In this document: positions 21,481 through 36,508 of the stretch, one piece after another
How the letters are laid out: every line of letters begins with the position of its first letter
Numbering within the stretch: the stretch's first letter is position 1
NCBI RefSeq assembly: GCF_009914755.1
Contig: NC_060939.1
Strand: one strand, 5' to 3'
DNA length: 64,000 nt
DNA from: the human T2T-CHM13v2.0 reference genome, Homo sapiens
Translations under genes and position numbers: made by a program
Notes under the pieces: generated by a model
The model's database searches: none
What the model was told of the DNA's origin: nothing
The model's input: the letters and a program-made list of their open reading frames with translations, nothing else

Positions 21481-21576
21481 ATGGTGTTTTGGTGGAGGAT
21501 TGGCCAGGCTACCTACCGCTTGTGGCACAAGGGCCCTCAATCTGTATGTAGTTCACTTACACCTGAACAGGCTGAG
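21481..21576 (+). CDS. IVD: Candidate IVD alternative first coding exon 1b (MVFWWRIGQATYRLWHKGPQSVCSSLTPEQAE)
   Basis: First ATG in intron 1; 32 open codons; donor GAG|gtatgc in phase 0, so in frame with exon 2. Confidence 0.65.
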
Positions 21577-22108
21577 GTATGCTTCTCACACCTGGGTGGT
21601 CATCGTAATCACCAGGGAGTCTTTTTTGTATAAACAGTTTGGGGGTTTTAAAAAGCCACAGTGAGCTCTCCTGTCGCTCTTCAGCCCATTGGGTCAAAAC
21701 ACAAAAGTTGAACAAGTACTTGAAAGAAGTAGTTGGAGGCCAGGCGCCGTGGCTCACACCTGTAATCCTAGCACTTTGGGAGGCCGAGGTGGGAGGATTG
21801 TTTGAGCTCAGGGGTTTGAGATCAGCCTAAGCAACATAGCCAGACCCCCATCTCATAAAAAATAGAAAAGAAGACGAAGTAGTATTTACAAATGGAGCAG
21901 AACCAGAGTCCTTCCTGAGGTTTCACTTGGAGGCTGGATGGAGTTGGCGGAGGTATGAGCCTCCCAGCAACTCCGTAGTTTATGTTTATAGCCAGCGAGC
22001 GCTCAGAGCTTCCGTGAACCACCTCAAGTGGAAAGGGTTCAATCCCTATTCTCAAGCTTTCCTGGCAAGAGGAGTTTCTTTTCTTTTTTCTTTTTTTTTT
22101 TTTTTTGA

Positions 22109-22416
<308 letters not shown>

Positions 22417-22861
22417 TAATCAGACCCTTTTAGCCAAAGGTTCGGGGGCTTAAAAGAGCCTGACAACTATTGAGATCTGGCAGCTGCCTGGAATGCAGCT
22501 GGAGCACAGAGGGTGGGAGGTGGGAAGGTGCTGGGGAAGCTAGGAGAGTCAGCTGGGGTCAGCTCCTGCAGGGCCTAGTAGGCCTGGGTGAGAAGCTTGT
22601 GTTTTATTCTAAGTACAGTGGAAACCAATGGAATGATTTTTATGTAAAGTGTGACGTTTTAAAAATTACCATCAAGCTGTCTAGGCTGAAGACCTTAAGA
22701 AAGAGGGGTGAAGATCATCTCTGAGGAGGCATAAACTACTGAGGCCTCTCAGTTTCAGTCTGATGCTGTTTGGGGAAGTTACTTGTGGCCTTTTCTCTTG
22801 AATGTGTCTGGGTAGTGGAGATGCTGTCTGCAGTGGCATCTGTTTACCTCTCTCCTATTAG

Positions 22862-22951
22862 CTTCGTCAGACCATGGCTAAGTTCCTTCAGGAGCACCTG
22901 GCCCCCAAGGCCCAGGAGATCGATCGCAGCAATGAGTTCAAGAACCTGCGA
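22862..22951 (+). CDS. IVD: IVD exon 2 (LRQTMAKF...FKNLR)
   Basis: tattag| ... CGA|gtgagt; 90 nt, so skipping it keeps the frame. Confidence 0.97.
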
Positions 22952-23164
22952 GTGAGTTGGGAGGCCCGGGCAGTCGGGGGCAGTCAGGGAGTGGGGCTGA
23001 GCTGCACTGCTGCCTGGAAGAGCTCACACAGTTTTCTGGTAAATGAAGTCTCTCTAAGAATGCAGCCCCTCTCTCTGAAGTGTTTGGGTCTCATTGTTCC
23101 AGCCACATGTGACTGGCTGCCTTCCCCTCAACACTTATTCCACTCTGCTCCATTCTGTTGGCAG

Positions 23165-23216
23165 GAATTTTGGAAGCAGCTGGGGAACCTGGGCGTATTG
23201 GGCATCACAGCCCCTG
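23165..23216 (+). CDS. IVD: IVD exon 3
   Basis: ggcag| EFWKQLGNLGVLGITAP G|gtgagt; 52 nt. Confidence 0.97.
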
Positions 23217-24015
23217 GTGAGTATAGTGTCTTTCCCTAAAAAGAACTTTTCTTATGTGCCCTTTAAGACAGTTCCCAAAAGAAGCAGGAAGGGAAGGGAA
23301 AGATTGTGCTTAAAGAAACCCAGAACTGCATCTTTTGGACCTGTGAAAGCACCCATTGATTGTCAGCCCAGAGAACAGGACACTCTTCTATTTTATTAGA
23401 CAGTGATGTAGAGAAGGCAGAGGGATTAATTAGGTCATTGTGGCTCACTTGGATCAGGATCAGTCCAACTCTTGAACTCTGCATACTTAATAGGCTCACC
23501 CAGGTGATTTGGGAAGTTTAGAAAACTCTGGATCAAGTGGTTGTCTTCATAGTACCTCAGTCTTACTGCCTCCCCTAATCCCTATAAGCTTTGTCCTACC
23601 AGTGGCCTCTCGGCAGGAACACTCTGGGCAGGTGTGTCCCTGCAGGGACTGCCTGTGTCCTCTTCTGCTTAAACCTTGGAGCTCATTTGGGAGCAGATAG
23701 CGGGGGGAGTAGGGTAGGGGCTGGGCAGGGGAGAGAGATGTCTATCTGGGCTTCCAGGTGAGGTGGCCAGATGATGTGTTTAATAGGCTGTCCGGAGGGA
23801 GAAGGCAGGGAGCTAGCAGGCTCTGGTTTGGATGATATTAACGTCTGAAAGAGGCCCAGACTGGCTTGCAGTGCCCGGTAAAGAGATGAGCCTAGGCCAG
23901 GCGTGGTTGCTCACACCTGTAATCCCAGCACTTTGGGAGGCCGAGGCAGGTGGATCACCTGCGGTCGTGAGTTCGAGACCAGCCTGACCAACATGGAGAA
24001 ACTCTGTCTCTACTA

Positions 24016-24273
<258 letters not shown>

Positions 24274-24959
24274 TCACCTTTCATAAAATGAAACCACTTG
24301 AAGATTAATTGAAACCATCTTAATGTAAAAGCATTAGGGGAAAGGCTGCTGGGTACTCCTAAGCAAGACTCTCCTACTGTGTTTTGGGGGTTTATGTACC
24401 CCACTCCCTGCAGACAATATGCTTCTGAATCAGATTGTATTTTACGGAAGAAAGAGGCAGTTAGAAATCAGATGAAAATGGCCAGGTGTGGTAGTGGGCT
24501 CCTATAATCCGAGTGACTCGGGAGGCCAAGGCAGGAGGATCGCTTGAGCCCAGGAGTTCAAGGCTGCAATGAGCCATGGTTACACCATTGCACCCCAGCC
24601 TGGATAAGAGAGTGAGAGCCCGCCTCTTGAAAAAAAAAAAGAAAAGAAATCAGATGAAAACTCTTTCAAGGGAACCTGAAAAAGAAAGCTGGTTACAAGT
24701 TCTGGTTTCTGCATGATGTCATGGTGGCTGTTTCTAATGTCACCTGCCTTCAGGCTTTCCTTCCTGCAGTTGTAGGGGCAGGTCAAGGTTTCCTTAGAGC
24801 CTAGAACGAGCCTGACTTATTGGTCAGAGTGAACATGTGTATAGGACCTTGCTAGGCTTGACCCAATCAGCAGGGCTGGGGGTGGTATCAGGTGTCTCAG
24901 CCACTTGGAGTTTGGATCTGCTGCCAAGGAAAAACCGTATATTTTATGAGGAGTTCTGA

Positions 24960-25266
<307 letters not shown>

Positions 25267-25809
25267 TAGCCAGGATGGTCTCGATCTCCTGACCTGGTGA
25301 TCTGCCCACCTCGGCCTCCTAAAGTGCTGGGATTACAGGCGTGAGCCCCATGCCTGGCCTCCAGTCCTGCTTCTTTGGGTTCAGCCCTATGCTATAAAAT
25401 CTCACCTTCCTCAGGCCTTTTGCAGACACATCAGATCCTCTGGCTTTGTATCTGTTCTTGGTGCTTTGGACACCACCTCCACCCCAATGCCTTTGTTTTT
25501 CTCCAGGCCCTCTTTCTTCATTTATTCATCTGCCTCTGCATTTCTGTAACTTTCTGAGTAGTGGGTGCTCAGGTTGTTCACGTATCTTCATCAAGAAGTC
25601 TGTCTGGGATAAAGCAGAAGTTGCAATGATTGCCTTCTGAATCACCCCTCAGCTGAGGAGCACCAGCAGGCAAAACCAGTCCACTGAGCTTGTAAGCAGG
25701 TCTGTGGCATCAGCTTATTCTTGTTGCTAGAGAGAATTTGGAGTAGGTGCTACAAGGTGCTTCCCTTCTGCCGTCAAATGTAAGATTCTTAATGAATGTC
25801 CCGATTTAA

Positions 25810-26049
<240 letters not shown>

Positions 26050-26484
26050 TAATCTCACAGTGCAACCACCAACTAAAAGATACCCTCTCCCCTTGGGGGC
26101 CAGTCAGACCTGCTTTCTGTAGCATGCTGCCATGAACCAAATGTGGTTAGGAAGGGGCCATGGATTGCTTTAAAATACTTGAGCCAAAAATAATAAAAAT
26201 AGGACCAGAACTCTTGCATTGAACAACAGACAGACAGCATTTGAAGAGAACTCTAAGAAATGGAAGAGTAGGACTAGCTTCCTTTGCAAAGGGAATGGAA
26301 AAAGGAGAGGCATTTTCAGCCTTGTAGCCATTGGGCTTAGAAGAGACTTCTAGGACTTTACCGATACCCTGGTCTGAGAGCGAAGTTTGAAGGGGTTTAA
26401 TGTGGACAGGAAGAGGCAGTACCAGTGAGCTGCTCTAGGGTACTCTGAGGTTGTAACAAGGCCTGTTGGGGGTTTTCCTTGCAG

Positions 26485-26578
26485 CTGATCAGTGGTGAGT
26501 ACATCGGAGCCCTGGCCATGAGTGAGCCCAATGCAGGCTCTGATGTTGTCTCTATGAAGCTCAAAGCGGAAAAGAAAG
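26485..26578 (+). CDS. IVD: IVD exon 5 (acyl-CoA dehydrogenase signature [12 protein letters not shown])
   Basis: ttgcag| ... G|gtgagg; 94 nt. Confidence 0.97.
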
Positions 26579-26779
26579 GTGAGGCCACTCTCAACTTGGG
26601 AGCCAAAATGGGCAGAGGTACAGACATTATCAGGGTAATGGAGCAACAATTGTGGGTGGCCCCTGCTGGGTTTCCAGAACTTTCTCAAAGGTGGACAGCT
26701 TCTTGCTCAGCAGAAGGTCTATGGCCTGGCTGAGACAGGCCAAGATGGCTTGAGCAAATAGCCAACATCCTGCCCTTAG

Positions 26780-26916
26780 GAAATCACTACATCCTGAATG
26801 GCAACAAGTTCTGGATCACTAATGGCCCTGATGCTGACGTCCTGATTGTCTATGCCAAGACAGATCTGGCTGCTGTGCCAGCTTCTCGGGGCATCACAGC
26901 CTTCATTGTGGAGAAG
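26780..26916 (+). CDS. IVD: IVD exon 6 ([13 protein letters not shown])
   Basis: ccttag| ... AAG|gtgagt; 137 nt. Confidence 0.97.
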
Positions 26917-28086
26917 GTGAGTATAGGTGGGTGCAGGGCCAGGAGGCTTCTGCCTCCTGACAGTGGTACCAGAGATAGCCCGTTCACTGATCTCAAATGG
27001 AATCAGTGTTGTGTGCTCTGCAAGGCCCCCAGAGGTGGGGGTGAGGCAGAGAGCAGACTGCAAGGAGGGTGACCAAAAGTCCAGGAAGTCCAGGGCAGAT
27101 GGGTCACTTCTGAAGACGGTGGAGCCGTCCTCAGCGCCAGGCCACACAAAGAGGTCTAGAAAGGGGAGGACTAAAAGGAGGTCAGGACATGACGGTCAGG
27201 GTACCATTGGTGGATCTGATGAATGTGGCCATGGGAGACTGAGGTGTGGGTGGGATGCAAGTGGAGACTGCCCCTGCAACAGCCTTGACAACAGAAGCAA
27301 GAAGGAAGCAGAGCAGGAGTTCCAATGAAAAGTTAGGAGTTTGGGTTTGTTTTTAGAAATGAGAGAACTGAGCAGATTTTTTGGTCAGAAGGAAAAAAAA
27401 GGGAAGAAAAAAGAAAATAGAGGGAGAAATTGAAAAGTGTGGGAATGAGTGGGCAGAACACAATGGTGAGCTGGGGCAGAAGAGAGAAGGATGGGTTACA
27501 GGTGATGGTGCAGGAACCACTTGCCTAACGATCATGAGGAGGAAGCCAGGGGCCCTGTGAAGGCTGGGGCCACGAGTGGGGGAGTTGGCAAGAGTTTCAT
27601 GAGCGAGTATTGTAAAGGTTTGCGGTACCCTCCATAGAGAGGGGGAAAGTAGCTGTCTAGGGTTGGAGCAGTAGGGACCTGGCTGAGATTGGAAATCTCA
27701 AGGTTGCGTGATGCCACCCTCATTACAGGCTGAAGGCAGCATGTGCCAGCACTTTGCTGGTCACTTGCCAAAACATGCTGCAACCCAGTAGTCCAGGTCA
27801 AAGTACAGAGGGCTCAGTTCAGCCCTAGTGGGATCCCTTTGGGTACAGACAGGAGAACAACAGAGGATAAGGGAATTGACCGGGCTGGTGACAGTGTCTT
27901 GGAAGTAATGTCCCCTGGGGGAGGGAAATAAGGCCAGGGGGGTCGGGAGGGCTCAGGGAACTGAGCATATCATTGAGAAAGAAGTGTCCCCATGAGAACT
28001 GGGGAGAACACAAGCTAGTGGCAGAGGAGGCTGGGATCAATCTGGGGCGTTAGCACCGGAAGGTCCCGGGGGGAGCATGGGACTAG

Positions 28087-28317
<231 letters not shown>

Positions 28318-28930
28318 TAGCACCGGGAATCGGGGAGCCCCTCTCCTGACCCCCTTCCAGGCTGATCTGGCTGTTCTCAAGTTGAGAAAGCCTCTGGGTT
28401 AGAGAGGCTTGGCATTGTTAGCGCTTCAGTGACATGTGGCTAGGCTGTGAGCTGGGGCTGCTGGACAGCGCTCCTTCCTGGCCAGGGCCCTGCAGCGGCA
28501 TGCCTAACTGGCATCACACACTCCGCATAGGGTCTGTACTCAGTAGCCGGAGGAGAAGGGTCAGACCTACCCTTTCCCATTGATGTCCTTCAGTCTTCCT
28601 GTACTTTCGCCCATCCACTGCATGTGAGTAACTCATTAACTCACGTTTTTGTAAAATATTTTAAAAATGAGTTATTCATTTTTAGCATTAATGATGCTAA
28701 GAAAAAAAAACAAAACATCTGAATCCACTGATGGAATCCCGACTCAGTAGAGAGAAGGCAGTTCTGCTTGAGTATGAGTATTTTCTCCCCTGAGGTGTAA
28801 CTGAAATCTGACATGGTGGAGCACTGTGGGAGAGCCAGCACAGCCATCATGTACTAACCAGACCAGGGGCATGGATTTGTTGTTTGGGGTTTTTTTTTGT
28901 TTTTTTTGTTTGTTTGTTTGTTTGTTTTGA

Positions 28931-29209
<279 letters not shown>

Positions 29210-29260
29210 TAGCTGGGATGACAGGCACACACCGCCCAGCTAATTTTGTATTTTTAGTAG

Positions 29261-29392
<132 letters not shown>

Positions 29393-30090
29393 TGATCAAC
29401 AGTTAGGTTTGCTGTCTGCCTCAGCCATATACCACGCCTATCACTGACAGCCCAAAAAAGTGTACTTTAATTACAGGGAGCATCCAGGGAGGGGGAGCTG
29501 TGCAGCTCCTTCTTTGTTGACAGGAAAAAATTCAGCTAGCATTAAAGGCAGGTCAGTAGTGTCAACCTGTTTTCCTGCCCACACCTCCCAAGGCCATCCA
29601 GTCTCCTGGCTTTACTGGGTGGAGAGGTGCTCAGCAGCTTCTGTCACTAGCTCTGAATGGCCTGTCTCCTGGACAAAGAAGCTTTCACGGACTACTCTGC
29701 AGGGAGGTGACATTGGACCAGAGCTGACTCCACCTGGGGGAAAGAGTAATTCTCTGGTTTCTTTATAGGTGCCTGTGTAGAAAGAGTCAGGGAGGGATTG
29801 GGTGACTTCTAGACCAATTAACTTTTCTTCTTTCCCATCCAAGGGAGTCCAGAGAGGGAAGGGAAAGATCTAACAACTCTAGCCTTTGTGGTTGGCCTCG
29901 TGGATGGGGTGGGAGTCCTGGCAGCTCCACTTCTGACTGGAAGGGGTTCACTTGATCCTTTTCTTTCACCTGGAACCTTAGTTGAATAAAGGTCAAGTGA
30001 CATATTTTAGTGCCTTACTTGAGAGCCATGTTTCCAAATCTAGTACCTTTGATAAAAGTGAGGAGGCTGTGGACAGCTCTCTCCCTCTGA

Positions 30091-30204
<114 letters not shown>

Positions 30205-30586
30205 TAAGTGTGAGAGGCTTGAGGGAAGCTGGGCTCTGTCGGCCTCCTCGGCAGGTGACCCACCATGAGCAGCAGCAGCCTTCCCCTTGCGGGGCCAAAG
30301 GGAGCTGCCTCTTGGCCCTGCTCTCTCCTGGGAGATGAAAGGAACCTCCTCTTCCCATGTTGAATTTCTTCCCACAGTGGGGAAATATCATTAAGTAACA
30401 GACAAAAGGCCTGAGGAGCAGGGTGGCTTACTCGGCTGTGAAACGACACCTGGGCTGTCACGCCCCTGCACCTCTGGCCAGTCAGTGCCGTAACTGTGGC
30501 AAGACTTTCTGAAGTTGCTTTTCTCCTCCCTGGGATTCTGGCCTTCCCACGCTAGCATTTTGCCACCACACCCGGTGGTGGGATGA

Positions 30587-30745
<159 letters not shown>

Positions 30746-31274
30746 TAAAGTTTTCTTTGAAAAGAGAGGAAGTGAGGTGGGCACCGTGGATGGTTACTGT
30801 CTCCTCTAGCAAATTGAGCTTGACTGCTTGGAATGCAGTCTTCCTCAGCATGCAGCCTGACTCTGGAAGTCATCAGGAAGTTCACCACATTGCCACCTCG
30901 ATTCCTGTGTGAGGTGGATGAACTAGACATTGTAAGGTTGGAGAGCAAAGCGTGCAAGTTGTGGGGGCAGAAGGGAAAGAGGTTGCTATTTGTAGTTAGA
31001 CCTTCTGGTCCGAAGAAGCTGCTGGAAGGTAATAAGCATTGGAGTAAATGGTGCCTTGGGAGCCATGCCTTTCGGAGGCAGTGATGGCCACTTCGGGGTG
31101 TCATGCGGGCTGTGGAACAGCCACTCTGTGGCCCTAACTCCCACACCTGCCCCCATCTCCATCATCCTGAGTAAATCCCATCTCCTCTCCATGCCCCTGC
31201 TTCCTCATCCTTGGCTGTCTTGTTGCCATTGCTGACCTGCTTTTGGTAACTGAGAGAGTGTTCCAGCATGTTGA

Positions 31275-31583
<309 letters not shown>

Positions 31584-31645
31584 GTGAGTGATCCCCACTT
31601 CCCAGTCCCGGGGCTCCCTCACTCCTGGGGCCTGTGGCTGCTTCA

Positions 31646-31952
<307 letters not shown>

Positions 31953-32201
31953 TCACTATGTGCTTATGCTAGGCCCAGCTGAGCTGGGACCTTCGGGCTC
32001 TTTCTGTCCCAGTTACAAGGAGGAAATGGAAAGCAAATGAGAAAACTGCTAGATGCCAGGAGTTGCTGCTGCCTTCGGCAACACCCCCCTCTCATCCTCC
32101 CCGCCTCATAGATGCTAGGAAATGGGAAAGGGAGATGTGGCTGGGCACAGTGGCTCACACCTGTAATTCCAACACTTTAGGAGACTGAGGCCAGTGAATC
32201 A

Positions 32202-32619
<418 letters not shown>

Positions 32620-32743
32620 TCAGGAGGCTGAGGCAGGAGAATCACTTGAACCTTGGATGCGGAGGTTGCAGAGAGCCAATATCATGCCACTGCACTCCAG
32701 CCTAGGCGACAGAGCATGACTCCAAAAAAAAAAAAAAAAAAGC

Positions 32744-33198
32744 TAAATGGAAATTTCTAGAAATAGTTCATAAGTTTCAAATCCACACCATCCTGAATAG
32801 CTTGAAGTGTTGTGCCATGCTGCTCTGTCATGTTTGGTACGTGAATCGTCCCTTTGTGCAGCCTATCTATGCTATGTGGGCTACCTGCCCGTTAGTAGTC
32901 ACCTAGGGTATCCAATCAGCTGTCCTGATATCAGAGTGCCTGTGTTCAAGTAACTCTTATTTTGCTCAGTGGCCCCAGATTGCAAGAGTAGTGATGCTGG
33001 CATGTCATAATAGTTCTATTTTAGTATTTGTTATTATTGTTGATCTGTTACTATGCCTAGCTCATAAATTAAACTTTCTCATAAGTATGTATGTATAGGG
33101 AAAAAAACAACATATATATGGGTTTCGGTTCTATCTACGGTTTCAGGCATCCACTGGGGTCTTGGAATGTATCCTCCAAGGATAAGGAAGGACTAGTG
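32744..33198 (+). mobile_element. Tigger2-family DNA transposon relic (left end missing) in IVD intron 11
   Basis: Ends ...caggcatccactggggtcttggaatgtatcctccaaggataaggaaggactagtg followed by TA. Confidence 0.75.
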
Positions 33199-33350
33199 TA
33201 TTCCCCACACCCCTCCCTCTTGCTACCTTTTGCTGCTTTTCTTTAATCACCCTCTCCTCCTGTGGCCTGTTTCTATATACTTGGCATTCTGTTTGCTTTC
33301 TTTGTTTTGTCAATCACTTCCTTTCTTCTCTGCCCAAACCCTGGTTGCAG

Positions 33351-33484
33351 GTGGCAATGGCTACATCAATGACTTTCCCATGGGCCGCTTTCTTCGAGAT
33401 GCCAAGCTGTATGAGATAGGGGCTGGGACCAGCGAGGTGAGGCGGCTGGTCATCGGCAGAGCCTTCAATGCAGACTTTCACTAG
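33351..33484 (+). CDS. IVD: IVD exon 12 coding part ([10 protein letters not shown]...AFNADFH*)
   Basis: ttgcag| acceptor; TAG ends at 33484; the 12 exons sum to 1281 nt. Confidence 0.97.
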
Positions 33485-33783
33485 TCCTGAGACCCTTCGC
33501 CCCCTTTTCCTGCACCTAGTGGCCTTTCTTGGGAAGTAGAGATGTGGCGGCTTTCCCACCCTGCCCACAGCAGGCCCTCCTGCCCAGCTGCTCTTGTCAG
33601 CCCTCTGGCCTCTGGATGAGGTTGAGTTCTCCACAACAGCTCCCAAGCATCATGGGCCTCGCAGCCGGGCCTGTGCCACGGCTAGTGTTGTGTGATTTAA
33701 AATGGACTCAGCAGGAAGCATATTGTCTGGGGATTGTTGGGACAAGTTTTGGTGACTCTGTGCCCTTGCTCTCTAACTTCTGA

Positions 33784-33868
33784 GCCCACCTCCCAGGGTA
33801 GGCACCTGGGGGCATGCAGGTGCCCACCTCCCAGGGTAGGCACCTGGGGGCATGCAGGTACCCACCTC
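33784..33868 (+). repeat. Perfect 38-bp tandem duplication (x2.2) in the IVD 3' UTR
   Basis: GCCCACCTCCCAGGGTAGGCACCTGGGGGCATGCAGGT at 33784-33821 and 33822-33859. Confidence 0.95.
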
Positions 33869-33955
33869 TTTCTCTTGGGTGAGGCTCTGGCAAGGAGATC
33901 TCTCTGCTCAAGCACAGCAGAATCATGGCCCCTCTCCATGAATTGGAACTTGGTA

Positions 33956-34031
33956 CAGGTTAAGTATCCCTAATCCTGAAATCTGAAACACTTGTGGTTC
34001 CAAGCATTTTGGATAAGGCAAATTCAACTTT
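33956..34031 (+). mobile_element. Miniature internally deleted Tigger4/MER46-type element
   Basis: TA followed by caggttaagtatccctaatcc...ggataaggcaaattcaactt, i.e. both TIR ends within ~75 bp. Confidence 0.65.
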
Positions 34032-34057
34032 CAGTCTCTTTTCTGGGGGAAAAAAAT

Positions 34058-34063
34058 AATAAA
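34058..34063 (+). terminator. IVD: IVD proximal polyadenylation signal AATAAA
   Basis: First AATAAA after the stop codon, just before the Alu block. Confidence 0.65.
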
Positions 34064-34071
34064 CCTAGCCT

Positions 34072-35345
<1,274 letters not shown>

Positions 35346-35365
35346 GAACACACATGCTGCTGAGT

Positions 35366-35379
35366 CCGCAGGGGGGCAG
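35366..35379 (+). promoter_or_regulatory. Candidate CTCF site CCGCAGGGGGGCAG
   Basis: Exact match to the classical CCGCNNGGNGGCAG consensus; motif evidence only. Confidence 0.5.
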
Positions 35380-36487
35380 AGCAGAGGACAGCGTGCTTTT
35401 GTGTACTGTTGGAAGACTGGCTCCTCCTGTACAGCACCTCTGAGCCCTTGTGCACCGCCCTGCCACGGGCACCATCCAGTCCTGGCCGTGTGACCACCCA
35501 CAGCTGACTGGGCAGCAGGCACAGGCCCTACCCGAGCAGGCCGGAGTTGGCTCGCATGACTCCAGCTGAGGCTGCCTGTGTACATTTCTCCAGATACCCT
35601 ATGGCTAATTTTGTTATAACTGCACAGTGGCTGCTGCCATTTTGTATTAAATATATTGTGAAACAAACCTATCTGGGGAGAAGCAATCTACTTGCCGCTG
35701 CTTCCTGTCTGGATCCAGCTTGTGTCCTTGGAGAGTGGCTGGCCCAGGTCCTATTCCCGTCCTCCAGCCCGTTCTTTCATGAGGGACAGGAAGGTAAAAT
35801 CAGCCCTTAGGAGAGAGGTCTCAGCCTCCCTTTCCCAGATCTCCCAGTGAGTTTTAAAGGAAGCAGGGAGCCCAGAGTGCTAAGTTCTTACAGCCAGAAG
35901 GAAGCTTATAGATTTCTGAAAACCGCCCCTTTGTTTTTAAAAAGATCAACACAATTTGACTTTCTCAAGGTCAAAACGAACTAGAATCCAGATCTGCTCA
36001 TGGCAAAAATGGGGGTGTTCTGAGAATTCCAGCTTTGGGCCGCACTGTACAGCAGTCTGGATAGAGTGTGATCTGAGAAGGGAATGGGTCTGGGTTGTTC
36101 CACCCCTTCCGAGTTCCAAAAAGAGGGAACTGGTTTTCTTGGTTCTCAGCCCAGCAGCACCTATCCTGGCTCTTGGTCCTGGCCTGCAGCCAAGTGCTGT
36201 TCCTAGCCTGAGGCTTGAGACAGGTGGGGTTGGCTCCTCACCAACCCCAGTTCCGTCCCATCCTGAGGGCAAGATCCTGGGCTCATAGGCAGTCCCTTTC
36301 ACTTCCTTGTCTTGCTCCCTGCTATGCTGGAGATGAATGTGACTAAAAGGGCCATCTTGCTGGCTTAATGTGTGGCTGGAGAGACCAGCCTGGAGACAAT
36401 GTGGCAAAATGGGGCGCTTCATCCAGTCTGTCTAAGCCCTGTCGACTTGGGGAGGTGATTTCTTTCCTGGTTCTATATGTGAAGCAA

Positions 36488-36508
36488 AATAAATGTTTTA
36501 AAATTAAA
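36488..36508 (+). terminator. IVD: IVD distal polyadenylation signals (AATAAA at 36488, ATTAAA at 36503)
   Basis: Paired hexamers with GT-rich sequence downstream. Confidence 0.7.

Noticed and set aside
21198-21481. Idea that one extra 25-bp unit would fuse exon 1 in frame to exon 1b
   Set aside because: The exon 1b frame contains stops upstream (TGA at 21403-21405 and a later TAG), so no fusion is possible.
20767-21540. 257-aa antisense ORF over the IVD promoter and exon 1
   Set aside because: An artefact of GC-rich and minisatellite sequence, with no recognisable protein features.
26492-26500. Strong cryptic donor GTG|GTGAGT inside IVD exon 5
   Set aside because: It lies only 10 nt from the acceptor and would give a frameshifting micro-exon; nothing suggests it is used.
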